A stretch of 64,000 nt of DNA from Aulosira sp. ZfuVER01 (GTDB taxonomy: Bacteria; Cyanobacteriota; Cyanobacteriia; Cyanobacteriales; Nostocaceae), in NCBI GenBank assembly GCA_034530615.2, contig JAVRCV020000008.1, positions 32,001-96,000 on the forward strand, read 5' to 3'. This document shows positions 1 through 9,525 of the stretch, one piece after another. Every line of letters begins with the position of its first letter. Position 1 is the first letter of the stretch. Both the position numbers and the translations under genes were made by a program. The notes beneath the pieces were generated by a model. The model did no database searches and was not told the DNA's origin. It worked only from the letters and a program-made list of their open reading frames with translations.

Positions 1-2748
1 ACATTTGACAGACCAGGCGCGAGAGATACCACTGATGAAGCTAGTTTAAAACGCCTCAGCTTAACGGCATCGTTGAATTTGAGTGTACAGCGATTGCCAG
101 ATGAGGAAAGAGAATATTTTACTTGGCTGGGGGTGTTACCGGAAGATGCAACTATTAGCCCTAAAATGACCGCAACACTTTGGGATATGGCAGATGAGCG
201 TGATGCTGCTGATGCATTGGAATATTTGCGAAGTAAAGCATTACTATTAACTGGTGTGACGCTAGCTGATCGGACGCTGACCTATCGCTTGCATGACTTA
301 TTCCACGATTTAGCATGTAATTTGTTAACTGAGCCAAAAACACCTAAGCGTCGCGGTGATTTACCTGGACTAGGTATTTCCCTTGCCAATGCTCACGCTG
401 CATTGTTGGAGAAATATCGGCAGAAAACCCAAAATAATTTATGGCACATCTTGCCTGATGATGGTTACATTCATCAGCATTTAGTATGGCATTTGGAGAA
501 GGCGGGACGGTTTGAAGAGATTCATTCTTTGTTGCGGGAAGAGTCGGCAACTGGGGATAATGGCTGGTATGAAGTGCGGGAAAAGTTGGGGCAAACTGGG
601 GGTTACATCACAGATATTTCTCGTGCTTGGGAATTAGCACAAGTAAATTGGACTGAATCAACTCTGCCGCAAGTGGTGGGTTTGCAGTGTCGCTATGCTT
701 TGATTATGGCTTCTCTTAATAGTGTGGCAGCTAATATACCAGTGGAATTGCTAATGGCGTTGGTCAAAGAAAAGGTGTGGACTGCTGCACAAGGGCTAAC
801 TTACGCACTGCAAAACCCGAATCAATATGAGAAAGCGACAGCCCTTGTAGAGCTGGTCAACTATTTGCCGCCAAATTTAAAAAAACTAGCACTTTCAGAA
901 GCACTCATTGCCGCTAGAGCGATTGAGTCTGACAGAGATCGCGCCTTTACTTTAATAGCATTAGCCGAGCAACTACCAGAAGCATTGCCAGAAGCACTCA
1001 TCGCCGCTAGGGCAATTTGGGATGAGTGTTCTCGCGCCTATGCTTTGATAGCATTAACTGAGAAACTACCAGGGGTATTACTAGAAGCACTCAATGCCAC
1101 TAAGGCGATTCAGGATCAGTATGCTCGCCCCTATGTCCTCAGGGCATTAGCTGAGAAACTACCATCAGATTTGTTGCCAGAAGTACTCACTACTGCTAGG
1201 TCAATTCAGGATGAGTATTTTCGCGCCTCTGCCCTCAGCGCATTAGCCAAGAAACTACCAGAGGTATTGCCAGAAGCACTCACGGCCGCTAGGGCAATTC
1301 AGGATGAGTATTTTCGCGCCTCTGCCCTCAGCGCATTAGCCAAGAAACTACCAGAGGTATTGCCAGAAGCACTCACGGCCGCTAGGGCAATTCAGGATGA
1401 GTCTTCTCGCGCCTCTGCCCTCAGCGCATTAGCCAAGAAACTACCACCAAATTTGTTGCCAGAAGCACTTACTGCCGCTAGGGCAATTCAGAATGAGTCC
1501 TCTCGTGCCTCTGCCCTGAGCACATTAGCCGAGAAGCTACCAGAGATATTACCCGAAGCACTCACTGCCGCTAAGGCAATTCAGAATGAGTATTCTCGTG
1601 CCTCTGCCCTGAGCACATTAGCCGAGAAGCTACCACCAGATTTGTTGCCAGAAGCACTCACTGCCGCTAGGGCAATTCAGAATGAGTATTCTCGTGCCTC
1701 TGCCCTGAGCACATTAGCCGAGAAGCTACCACCAGATTTGTTGCCAGAAGCACTCACTGCCGCTAGGGCAATTCAGAATGAGTCCTCTCGCGCCTCTGCC
1801 CTCAGCGCATTAGCCGAGAAGCTACCAGAGTTGTTGCCAGAAGCACTTACTGCCGCCAGGGCAATTCAGGATGAGTCCTCTCGCGCCTCTGCCCTGAGAG
1901 TATTAGCTAATAAACTACTACCAGAGTTGTTGCCAGAAGCACTCACCGCGATTCAGGATGAGTATTCTCGTACCTCTGCCCTGAGCGCATTAGCCGAGAA
2001 GCTACCAGAGGTATTACCAGAAGCACTCACTGCTGCTAGGGCGATTCAGCCTCAGAGAGATCGCGCCTCTGCCCTGAGCGCATTAGCCGAAAAGCTACCA
2101 GAGGTATTACCAGAAGCACTCACTGCCGCTAGGGCAATTCAGGATGAGTCCTCTCGCGCCTCTGCCCTGAGCGCATTAACCGAAAAACTACCACCAGAGT
2201 TGTTGCCAGAAGCACTCACTGCTGCTAGGGCGATTCAGTCTCAGAGAGATCGCGCCTCTGCCCTGAGCGCATTAGCCGAGAAGTTACCAGAGGTATTGCC
2301 AGAAGCACTCACTGCCGCTAGGGCAATTCAGGATGAGTCCTCTCGCGCCTCTGCCCTGAGCGCATTAACCGAAAAACTACCACCAGAGTTGTTGCCAGAA
2401 GCACTCACTGCTGCTAGGGCGATTCAGTCTCAGAAAGATCGCGCCTCTGCCCTCAGTGCATTAGCCAATAAACTACCAGAAGTATTGCCAGAAGCACTCA
2501 CCGCGATTCAGGATGAGTATTCTCGTGTCTGTGCCCTCAAAGCATTAGCTATAGGTCTGTCAAAAATGCCATCTGTTACACTTTTCCCACTTTGGCGAGA
2601 TACACTTTATCAGCTATCCCTTCGCACTCGCCCTAATTTGCTGGCAGATATCAAGGCATTGTTTCCAGTTATCTTTGCATTAGGTGGTGAAGCAGCAACG
2701 GCAGAAGTTGCTCGTGCGATCGCAGATGTGGCGCGATGGTGGCGGTAA
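1..2748 (+). CDS. NB-ARC/STAND (NLR-like) protein, C-terminal part: winged helix, APAF-1-like helical domain and ~18 helical TPR/HEAT-like repeats; 5'-truncated by window edge
   Basis: Frame 1 is open from base 1 (TFDRPGARD...SLTASLNLSVQRL). Contains YRLHDLFHDLA (MHD-like motif), DDGYIHQHLVWHL, tandem LPEALTAARAIQxxxxRASALSALAEKL units and a C-terminal DVARWWR cap. Confidence 0.85.
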   Translation, partial: TFDRPGARDTTDEASLKRLSLTASLNLSVQRLPDEEREYFTWLGVLPEDATISPKMTATLWDMADERDAADALEYLRSKALLLTGVTLADRTLTYRLHDLFHDLACNLLTEPKTPKRRGDLPGLGISLANAHAALLEKYRQKTQNNLWHILPDDGYIHQHLVWHLEKAGRFEEIHSLLREESATGDNGWYEVREKLGQTGGYITDISRAWELAQVNWTESTLPQVVGLQCRYALIMASLNSVAANIPVELLMALVKEKVWTAAQGLTYALQNPNQYEKATALVELVNYLPPNLKKLALSEALIAARAIESDRDRAFTLIALAEQLPEALPEALIAARAIWDECSRAYALIALTEKLPGVLLEALNATKAIQDQYARPYVLRALAEKLPSDLLPEVLTTARSIQDEYFRASALSALAKKLPEVLPEALTAARAIQDEYFRASALSALAKKLPEVLPEALTAARAIQDESSRASALSALAKKLPPNLLPEALTAARAIQNESSRASALSTLAEKLPEILPEALTAAKAIQNEYSRASALSTLAEKLPPDLLPEALTAARAIQNEYSRASALSTLAEKLPPDLLPEALTAARAIQNESSRASALSALAEKLPELLPEALTAARAIQDESSRASALRVLANKLLPELLPEALTAIQDEYSRTSALSALAEKLPEVLPEALTAARAIQPQRDRASALSALAEKLPEVLPEALTAARAIQDESSRASALSALTEKLPPELLPEALTAARAIQSQRDRASALSALAEKLPEVLPEALTAARAIQDESSRASALSALTEKLPPELLPEALTAARAIQSQKDRASALSALANKLPEVLPEALTAIQDEYSRVCALKALAIGLSKMPSVTLFPLWRDTLYQLSLRTRPNLLADIKALFPVIFALGGEAATAEVARAIADVARWWR
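892..2557 (+). repeat. Intragenic tandem array of ~18 units of 93/96 bp (two shortened 84-bp units)
   Basis: gaagcact recurs with 93-96 bp period (e.g. 1273 and 1366); protein units of 31/32 aa. Confidence 0.95.
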
Positions 2749-2830
2749 ATAGACTCAGGAAATGCAGTATTTATAGTTTTACCAAAGTGCGATCGCACTC
2801 TATCTCTTCTAAACTGCGATCGCAAAATCA

Positions 2831-2956
2831 GCTTTCGTTACCAAAATTACCTCATCTATAGAGAACCCGATCGCATTCATAACCAACGAGATCGGGTTCT
2901 CTATCAACGAGTACTCATTCATACAGAACCTCATCTCATTCGTAACCAACGAGTTA
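2831..2956. repeat. Degenerate 21-bp tandem repeat, 6 units
   Basis: Units ctttcgttaccaaaattacct / catctatagagaacccgatcg / cattcataaccaacgagatcg / ggttctctatcaacgagtact / cattcatacagaacctcatct / cattcgtaaccaacgagttaa. Confidence 0.6.
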
Positions 2957-3171
2957 ATTTTCTGGGTACAAAGGTTGCAGCAGATGATGAGAAATTGCAC
3001 TGCTACAAGCTGGCAAATTCCAATAACATATACTATAGAATACGCATAATTACAGAGTTTTATCCCTAAATACTCTTAAAAAAAAGTCCAATATTTTGTG
3101 ATTTTCCCTGAACCGGAATATAGCTTTTTTAAGACAAGATAACAGTATAAAAGTTATTCAGGAGTAGAACT

Positions 3172-3591
3172 ATGACCCTACCAAAACGTTCATCTCGTAT
3201 TCTCGAAAAAGCTCAAAAAAGAGTTTCTGGAATGCAAGCTATCGATCCGAATCTTGATTTTGGCAATTATAACAACTTGTAAAATATACTACAACAAATT
3301 GAGTAATTACGTAGTAAGCTGAACACCCACAACACTGCTCTGGCTGTAATTGATGCTTCCAGAACTGATATTGAACAGCTAGAAAAAAGCTTGAGCGTTT
3401 TGTGTGAAAATATGCTGATGTCAGTTGGCGGGAGATACGGCAAAGACAGCGCTGAATATGTTCAAGCTGGTGGTGTGCGTAAGAGCGATGGCTTCGCCAA
3501 CGCCAAGGGCGAACGCATCCGCAAAGGCGCGATCGCTAGGATAAAATCAACCACAGAGAAAGTAACAGTTGAGCCGACAGAAACAGCTTGA
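3172..3591 (+). pseudogene. Pseudogene of a cyanobacterial coiled-coil hypothetical protein
   Basis: GGAG SD then ATG at 3172. One frame reads MTLPKRSSRILEKAQKRVSGMQAIDPNLDFG...YGKDSAEYVQAGGVRKS with in-frame TAA at 3280 and 3304. Confidence 0.8.
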
Positions 3592-3631
3592 TGGTTGGGC
3601 ATTGGGCATTGGTAGTTTCTTCGCCATACCC

Positions 3632-3663
3632 AAAAACTCCATACCCTTGTGGGTGGAGTTTTT
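3632..3663. terminator. Bidirectional intrinsic terminator candidate
   Basis: aaaaactcca...tggagttttt hairpin between convergent genes. Confidence 0.6.
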
Positions 3664-3785
3664 CATTTGAATTGCAAATGCAAGGATAAAGAAAAGAACC
3701 TGAAGAGGTTTGATGATGGAGTGCGGTGTCAGGTTTTAGTAACTACGCAAGAAGGCGCGATCGCTCACATATTTTCCATGAGGAG

Positions 3786-4379
3786 CTAAAAACAAAAACG
3801 AAAGTTATCAAGAGTGAATTGACCATCAAAAGCGCTGAAGGTCACATAATAAATATCATTTGCCGCTACAGATAATAGAGTATTAGGGGGTATGGGGGAG
3901 TCAGAATTGGCCAGGTTTGATCCTGGTAGTACAGTTTGAGCTACTAGTTTGCGATCGCGATCGTAAGCTGTCAGCACTAGCCGCTGTGAACTTGTCACTA
4001 AGGCACTAACCCAATTAACTGGTCGCAAAAAACTCACCTCTAACAATCCACTCTCAGGCGAACCCATCAATACTGTTAACCCTGAGTTGGTAGGAAATGC
4101 CGGATTTGATGGTTGAATTGCCAGAGAATTTTGAAAAATCACACCCCAAGATTCATACTGACGCTCCACAACTTCAAAACACTTCAAATCATCAAAGTTC
4201 AAAGCAATACAACTAGGTGTATTTTCTTGGCTAGTATCAGATGCATCCTTGGCATCATTTACCTGACCCTGCCACTCTGAAGCTATTGCTTGGTGATGAA
4301 TATTACAGTTGTCAAGCCCAAATCCAGTGCCTTCAAACCTTGGTATTTTATCTGATTTAAGAATAACCTCCTTGACCAT
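3786..4379 (-). CDS. Hypothetical protein
   Basis: 197-aa ORF with AAGG upstream of ATG; beta-rich C-terminal region ending FTLDNFRF. Confidence 0.75.
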   Translation of the reverse strand: MVKEVILKSDKIPRFEGTGFGLDNCNIHHQAIASEWQGQVNDAKDASDTSQENTPSCIALNFDDLKCFEVVERQYESWGVIFQNSLAIQPSNPAFPTNSGLTVLMGSPESGLLEVSFLRPVNWVSALVTSSQRLVLTAYDRDRKLVAQTVLPGSNLANSDSPIPPNTLLSVAANDIYYVTFSAFDGQFTLDNFRFCF

Positions 4380-4927
4380 GACACCTTACCTTAAAATTTC
4401 CTATAGAAGAATAATCAATTTAATATTTTCATCAAAATTATTTTTGCCGTTTACAGCTAGAGAATTCATGGCTGTTTTTCTCTAGCGTCTTGCCGATAAC
4501 TTAATTCTCAAAATTATCCGTAATCTTTCTGATAGATTACCATAGAAAACCATGCCAAAATTAATAACCCAGTTCTCGTTGCTACCAACTCAAATCCTCA
4601 CAGCGCAGTAAATCCAAGCAACGCATCCCAGTATGTGTAACAAAAAGATCACGATATCTTCACAGATAGTCAGGTAATTTTACATCTACTTAATCTGGCA
4701 TTGGCCAGAAGTCTAACAATGATGGATTCCCGGATAATAGTGGGGAGTTTAAAGCCTACAAGTAATACCAAACTGCGGGAAGGGGATCGGATAGATAACA
4801 GCAGATGTATTTTCATTTCTCCTGTCAATTTCTCGATGCTATTTCCGAACGCAATTTAGTATAAGTACTCAGTAGTGACTTAAAGATCACCTATGCCAAG
4901 CAACCACAACAGTGAATTAAAAAATAC

Positions 4928-5827
4928 ATGATGTTTCAGCCACTAGGATTTGAGCAACGCTCGATAATTACCTCGCTGGGGAGAATAGTGTACTATACGA
5001 ACACTGGTTCACTTTGGCAGCACGATGTAGCCACACAAGGCGAACGAGAAACTTTAGTGTTTCTCCACGGCTTTGGTGGTGGTTCTTCTGCTTATGAGTG
5101 GTCTAAAGTTTATCCCGCCTTCGCCAGCGACTATCGGATTATTGCACCAGACTTATTAGGTTGGGGTAAATCTGAGCATTTAGGACGGAATTATCAGATT
5201 GAAGATTATTTAACCACGATTCAAGAGTTTTTGCAGCAGACTTGTATCGAGCCTGTAACAGCGATCGCTTCTTCCCTCACCGCAGCGATTGTCATTCGAG
5301 TGGCGATCGCTCATCCCAATTTATTCAAATCTCTAATTCTTACCACTCCCGCCGGATTGTCGGATTTTGGTGAAGACTATTCTCGCAGCTTTTTTGCTCA
5401 GTTAGCCAGCGTTCCCATTGTGGATCGTTTGTTGTACAGCACGGGAGTAGCTACCAGTAACGGGATTCGCACTTTTTTAGAGCAGCGACAATTTGCCCAA
5501 CCTAGCCGAGTTTACCAAGAAATTGTCGATGCTTACCTAGAATCCGCACAACAACCTAATGCTGAGTACACCGCCCTGTCTTTTGTTCGGGGTGATTTGT
5601 GCTTTGATTTATCGTTGTATATTCAGCAATTGACCGTTCCCACCGCGATTATTTGGGGAGAAAAGTCGCAATTTACCGGGCCAGAAATTGGTCGTCGTCT
5701 CGCGAATCTCAATCCCCAAGCGATTCGAGTTTTTCAACATTTAGAAGATGTGGGATTAACACCACAATTAGAATTACCAGCAGTGACGATTGGCTTAATT
5801 CGACAGTTTTTACCTTTGCTGGATTAA
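4928..5827 (+). CDS. Alpha/beta fold hydrolase
   Basis: VFLHGFGGG, APDLLGWGKS, PTAIIWGEK motifs. Confidence 0.9.
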   Translation: MMFQPLGFEQRSIITSLGRIVYYTNTGSLWQHDVATQGERETLVFLHGFGGGSSAYEWSKVYPAFASDYRIIAPDLLGWGKSEHLGRNYQIEDYLTTIQEFLQQTCIEPVTAIASSLTAAIVIRVAIAHPNLFKSLILTTPAGLSDFGEDYSRSFFAQLASVPIVDRLLYSTGVATSNGIRTFLEQRQFAQPSRVYQEIVDAYLESAQQPNAEYTALSFVRGDLCFDLSLYIQQLTVPTAIIWGEKSQFTGPEIGRRLANLNPQAIRVFQHLEDVGLTPQLELPAVTIGLIRQFLPLLD

Positions 5828-5924
5828 TTATTGGCATTGTTTGCGATCGCTAAAATGCTCGTCATTGGGTATTGGTGACTCTTAGCCATGACGGCAGTTC
5901 CTACAAGCCGGAAAACCCGTCTAA

Positions 5925-6085
5925 GAGGTTGTTTTAAAAGTATTTGGCTGTGACTTTAGACACTTATTGATCCCCTCTACCCCCTTAAAAAAGGGGGAAA
6001 TAGAATTAAAGTCCCCCTTAAAAAGGGGGATTTAGGGGGATCTAAAATTATTTGCTACATCATTGATGACTTTTCAAATATCCTC
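5925..6085. mobile_element. MITE (161 bp) with ~17-bp imperfect TIRs and TAA target duplication
   Basis: taa|gaggttgttttaaaagt ... acttttcaaatatcctc|taa; internal cccctt-aaaa-agggg palindromes. Confidence 0.8.
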
Positions 6086-6098
6086 TAAGGCACTGCCT

Positions 6099-6130
6099 CC
6101 CCAATGCTCAATGCCCAATGCCCAATGCCC
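6099..6130. repeat. STRR heptamer tract (CCCAATG)n
   Basis: cccaatgctcaatgcccaatgcccaatgccc; related tracts at ~3596, 37147, 47422 and 49763. Confidence 0.8.
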
Positions 6131-6150
6131 AAAAAATCCAGAATTTTTCT

Positions 6151-7281
6151 ATGCTGCCAGTTATTGAAACGATTTTCTTACGTCAAATGGCTTCAGGCGA
6201 TCGCCTATCTCTACAAGTTTACAAATTTATCGGCGCTCATCCTGGTAAAAAAGTCTACATTCAGTCTAATTTACACGGTGCAGAAATTGCTGGTAATGCA
6301 GTTATTCATCAACTTATTGAGTTTTTGCTAACACTAAATGATACAGATTTAGCGGGAGAAATTTGGTTGGTTCCTGTTTGTAATCCAATGGGAGCAAATG
6401 AGCGTTCTCACCATTTTTCTGCTGGGAGATACTGTGTTTACGAAGCCAAGGACTGGAATCGGATTTTTTGGGATTACGAGAAAGAAGCTGATGATTTAGT
6501 AGCTTTTACTAAATCACAACTTCACATTGATAGAGAGGTCGTCCGACTAAATTATCTAACTACAATCAAACAAAAATTTGCAAAAATTTTAGAAAAAATT
6601 AATTCCCCTTATGGTCTACCATATACTGAACAATTTAGCTACCAACTACAATCTCTCAGTTTAGATGCAGACTATTTGATTGACTTACACAGTTCTACAA
6701 ATCAAGCAATCAACTATCTTTATTACTTCCGAAATCGCGAAGATAGTGCCAAATACTTCCTGTTCGCTCGCGGAATTTTACTAGATCCTTATGATGGTGA
6801 TGCTTTTGATGAGTCATTTATCAAGCCTTGGTTAGCATTAGAAGCTTGTTTTCAAAAGCTGGGTAGAAACATGCGATTTGATATCGAAGCCTGGACACTC
6901 GAACTTGGTTCAGGAATGCAGATGAACCCTGATTCAGTTAGCAAAGGTATTTTAGGTATAAAAAATTATTTAGCACAAAAAGGTGTATTGCAAATCCCTG
7001 ACTTTCCTCGAGATCAAACCACAGAGCATAAAATGACCTTTTCGGCTACAAGTAAAGTCATCAAATATTATGCGATCGCAGGTGGTATGATTCAATGCCG
7101 GGTCGAATTAGGTAGTAAAGTCAAAGCTAAAGACAAACTGTATCAAATTCTCAGTTTCAACAAAGAAAGCCAATTACCTCAGGTGATTGATATCTTTGCC
7201 GAACATGATGGATTAGTTTATGAGATTTCGACAAATCAAGCTGTAAATCAAGGCGAATTTGTACTCAGAATTATTCAGTAG
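6151..7281 (+). CDS. Succinylglutamate desuccinylase/aspartoacylase (M14-like) family protein
   Basis: NLHGAE, PVCNPMG, DWNRIF, IDLHS, TLELG motifs; start taken at ATG 6151 because the upstream extension is STRR-derived. Confidence 0.88.
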   Translation: MLPVIETIFLRQMASGDRLSLQVYKFIGAHPGKKVYIQSNLHGAEIAGNAVIHQLIEFLLTLNDTDLAGEIWLVPVCNPMGANERSHHFSAGRYCVYEAKDWNRIFWDYEKEADDLVAFTKSQLHIDREVVRLNYLTTIKQKFAKILEKINSPYGLPYTEQFSYQLQSLSLDADYLIDLHSSTNQAINYLYYFRNREDSAKYFLFARGILLDPYDGDAFDESFIKPWLALEACFQKLGRNMRFDIEAWTLELGSGMQMNPDSVSKGILGIKNYLAQKGVLQIPDFPRDQTTEHKMTFSATSKVIKYYAIAGGMIQCRVELGSKVKAKDKLYQILSFNKESQLPQVIDIFAEHDGLVYEISTNQAVNQGEFVLRIIQ

Positions 7282-7538
7282 TTCCTGCTGACTTCTAGAT
7301 TCTTGGTATTCATGGCACAATGAAATATAATTGCAGCACAGTGTTCTCAAGAGAGCAATACCCTATAGATAGATAAAGTAAGGGAGTTTGTATACTCCTA
7401 TCTCTTTTTTTGATATGGGAACACAATATATTTAGTAGTAGATTAAACTTAAGCAGAGGCACTCCCTAAAAAATGCCAGGGTGATCTTATGTTTATTACT
7501 TGTCTAAGAAAAAAAACAACTTATCCCAACTATAAAAT

Positions 7539-8513
7539 ATGACGGTGGAGCTAAAGGTGACTAGTATTGATAATCACATCTTCTCTTTTTCAGGAGAAGT
7601 ATCGATTCCCCAAGCTCCTCCTGAATTTAAGTCGGGTTTCATCGGCATTATCGGTCGCCCTAATGTCGGTAAATCTACTTTGATGAATCAATTAGTAGGG
7701 CAAAAAGTTGCCATTACTTCTCCAGTAGCCCAAACTACACGTAATCGTTTAAGAGGTATTTTAACTACACCCGAAGCGCAGCTAATTTTTGTAGACACAC
7801 CAGGGATTCATAAGCCCCATCATCAATTGGGTGAGGTACTGGTGCAAAATGCCAAAATTGCTATTGAATCAGTGGATGTAGTGCTATTTGTAGTAGATGG
7901 GGCGGTAGCTTGTGGTGCAGGCGATCGCTTTATTGCTGAGTTGCTGAGTCGTAGTCAAACGCCGGTGATCTTGGGTGTGAATAAAATCGATCAACAACCC
8001 CCAGATTCCCAGGTGATAGATGATAGCTACACACAGTTAGCTAAATCTTACCAGTGGCAAACAGTGAAATTTTCCGCCAAGACTGGTGCAGGACTGCCAG
8101 AACTGCAAAACTTATTAATTGAAGATTTAGAGCACGGGCCGTTCTACTATCCTCCTGACTTGGTAACTGACCAACCAGAACGCTTTATTATGGGTGAATT
8201 GATTCGCGAACAGATTTTACTTCTAACACGCGAAGAAGTCCCACATTCAGTTGCGATCGCGATTGATCTGGTGGAGGAAACCCCAAGTATTACCCGCGTA
8301 CTAGCCACAATCAACGTTGAGCGAGATTCCCAAAAAGGAATTCTCATTGGCAAAGGCGGCTCGATGCTGAAGTCTATTGGTAGCGCAGCTCGCGAACAAA
8401 TTCAAAAGTTGATTTCAGGCAAAGTATACCTAGAATTATTCGTCAAAGTCCAGCCAAAATGGCGTCAGTCTCGCGTTAGTTTAGCAGAATTAGGATATCG
8501 CGTGGAAGAATAG
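7539..8513 (+). CDS. era: GTPase Era
   Basis: GRPNVGKS, QTTR, DTPG, NKID, KH domain with IGKGG. Confidence 0.97.
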   Translation: MTVELKVTSIDNHIFSFSGEVSIPQAPPEFKSGFIGIIGRPNVGKSTLMNQLVGQKVAITSPVAQTTRNRLRGILTTPEAQLIFVDTPGIHKPHHQLGEVLVQNAKIAIESVDVVLFVVDGAVACGAGDRFIAELLSRSQTPVILGVNKIDQQPPDSQVIDDSYTQLAKSYQWQTVKFSAKTGAGLPELQNLLIEDLEHGPFYYPPDLVTDQPERFIMGELIREQILLLTREEVPHSVAIAIDLVEETPSITRVLATINVERDSQKGILIGKGGSMLKSIGSAAREQIQKLISGKVYLELFVKVQPKWRQSRVSLAELGYRVEE

Positions 8514-8520
8514 AAAAGTT

Positions 8521-8601
8521 GGTCATTAGCCCTTGGTCATTAGTCATTTGTCATTAGTCAAAAAACAAAGGACAAAAGACAAAAAACAACTGACTAATGA
8601 C
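8521..8601. repeat. STRR tracts (GTCATTA / GACAAAA) in inverted arrangement
   Basis: ggtcattag...gtcattagtcatttgtcattagtca...tgactaatgacc. Confidence 0.7.
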
Positions 8602-8638
8602 CCCTAAGCGATAACAGATAACTACTAACCACTTGAGA

Positions 8639-9316
8639 ATGTCTTTAGATAATAGCTCCTTCTTAAATCTGCCAACAGATGCACCGCCGTTGCGGGTGTT
8701 AATTGTTGAAGACGATCCGATGATGCAACTGGGACTGGAACAATCATTAATGGTTCATCCCCAGTTGGAAATTGTTGGACAAGCAGAAGATGGCTATTTA
8801 GGCGTGCAAGCAGCACTCCAACTCAAACCTGACTTGGTAGTGATGGATATCGGGCTACCACGACTTGATGGAATTGCAGCAACACAGCAAATCAAAGCAG
8901 CATTGCCAGAAACTCATGTAGTGATGCTGACTTCCCACCAAACAGAGACAGAAATTATTGCGGCTTTGTCTAGCGGTGCAGATGCTTATTGTATCAAAGG
9001 TGCTAGTGTAGAGCGACTGTTAAGTGCGATCGCCGCCGCAGTTGATGGCGCAACTTATCTCGACCCCCAAATTGCGCGGCGAGTGATTGAAAATCTCCGC
9101 ACCCCAACACCCAAAGGAAACACCGCTAATCTGTCTCAACGTGAGTTAGAAGTATTGAAACTGATGGTAGACGGTTTGAGCAACCCAGAGATTGCCGAAA
9201 AACTCTATCTCAGTCCCAATACTGTGAAAACTCACGTCCGGGGGATTATGAATAAACTATCAGTAGACGATCGCGTACAAGCCGCAGTCGTCGCCCTCCG
9301 TTCGGGATTGGTTTAG
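8639..9316 (+). CDS. NarL/LuxR family response regulator
   Basis: REC domain (VEDD, VMDIGLP) plus LuxR HTH (LSQRELEVL...TVKTHV). Confidence 0.95.
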   Translation: MSLDNSSFLNLPTDAPPLRVLIVEDDPMMQLGLEQSLMVHPQLEIVGQAEDGYLGVQAALQLKPDLVVMDIGLPRLDGIAATQQIKAALPETHVVMLTSHQTETEIIAALSSGADAYCIKGASVERLLSAIAAAVDGATYLDPQIARRVIENLRTPTPKGNTANLSQRELEVLKLMVDGLSNPEIAEKLYLSPNTVKTHVRGIMNKLSVDDRVQAAVVALRSGLV

Positions 9317-9525
9317 AAGACATTGGGGCGTGAAAGATAATATTGATCTCGAATGCGCCGCAAATCTTCTTCTACTTGTAAAGCTGTTCGGAGTTTCGCC
9401 TGATTCTCTGATTCCAATTGGATTTGAGATTGTTTTTGGTTGAGTGCAACATCAGATTTTGTGTCAGATTTGGGCTGAATCGCGAACCAGGTTTTCAGGC
9501 GATCGTATAATTTTAAGGACAACAT
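9313..9525 (-). CDS. Small hypothetical protein
   Basis: 70-aa ORF with GGAG SD; 4-bp convergent overlap with the regulator. Confidence 0.55.
   Translation of the reverse strand: MLSLKLYDRLKTWFAIQPKSDTKSDVALNQKQSQIQLESENQAKLRTALQVEEDLRRIRDQYYLSRPNVF

Noticed and set aside
892..2557. TALE-like DNA-binding repeats or a DGR target
   Set aside because: Units are 31-32 aa without the TALE consensus; no reverse transcriptase or template/variable repeat pair was seen in the window
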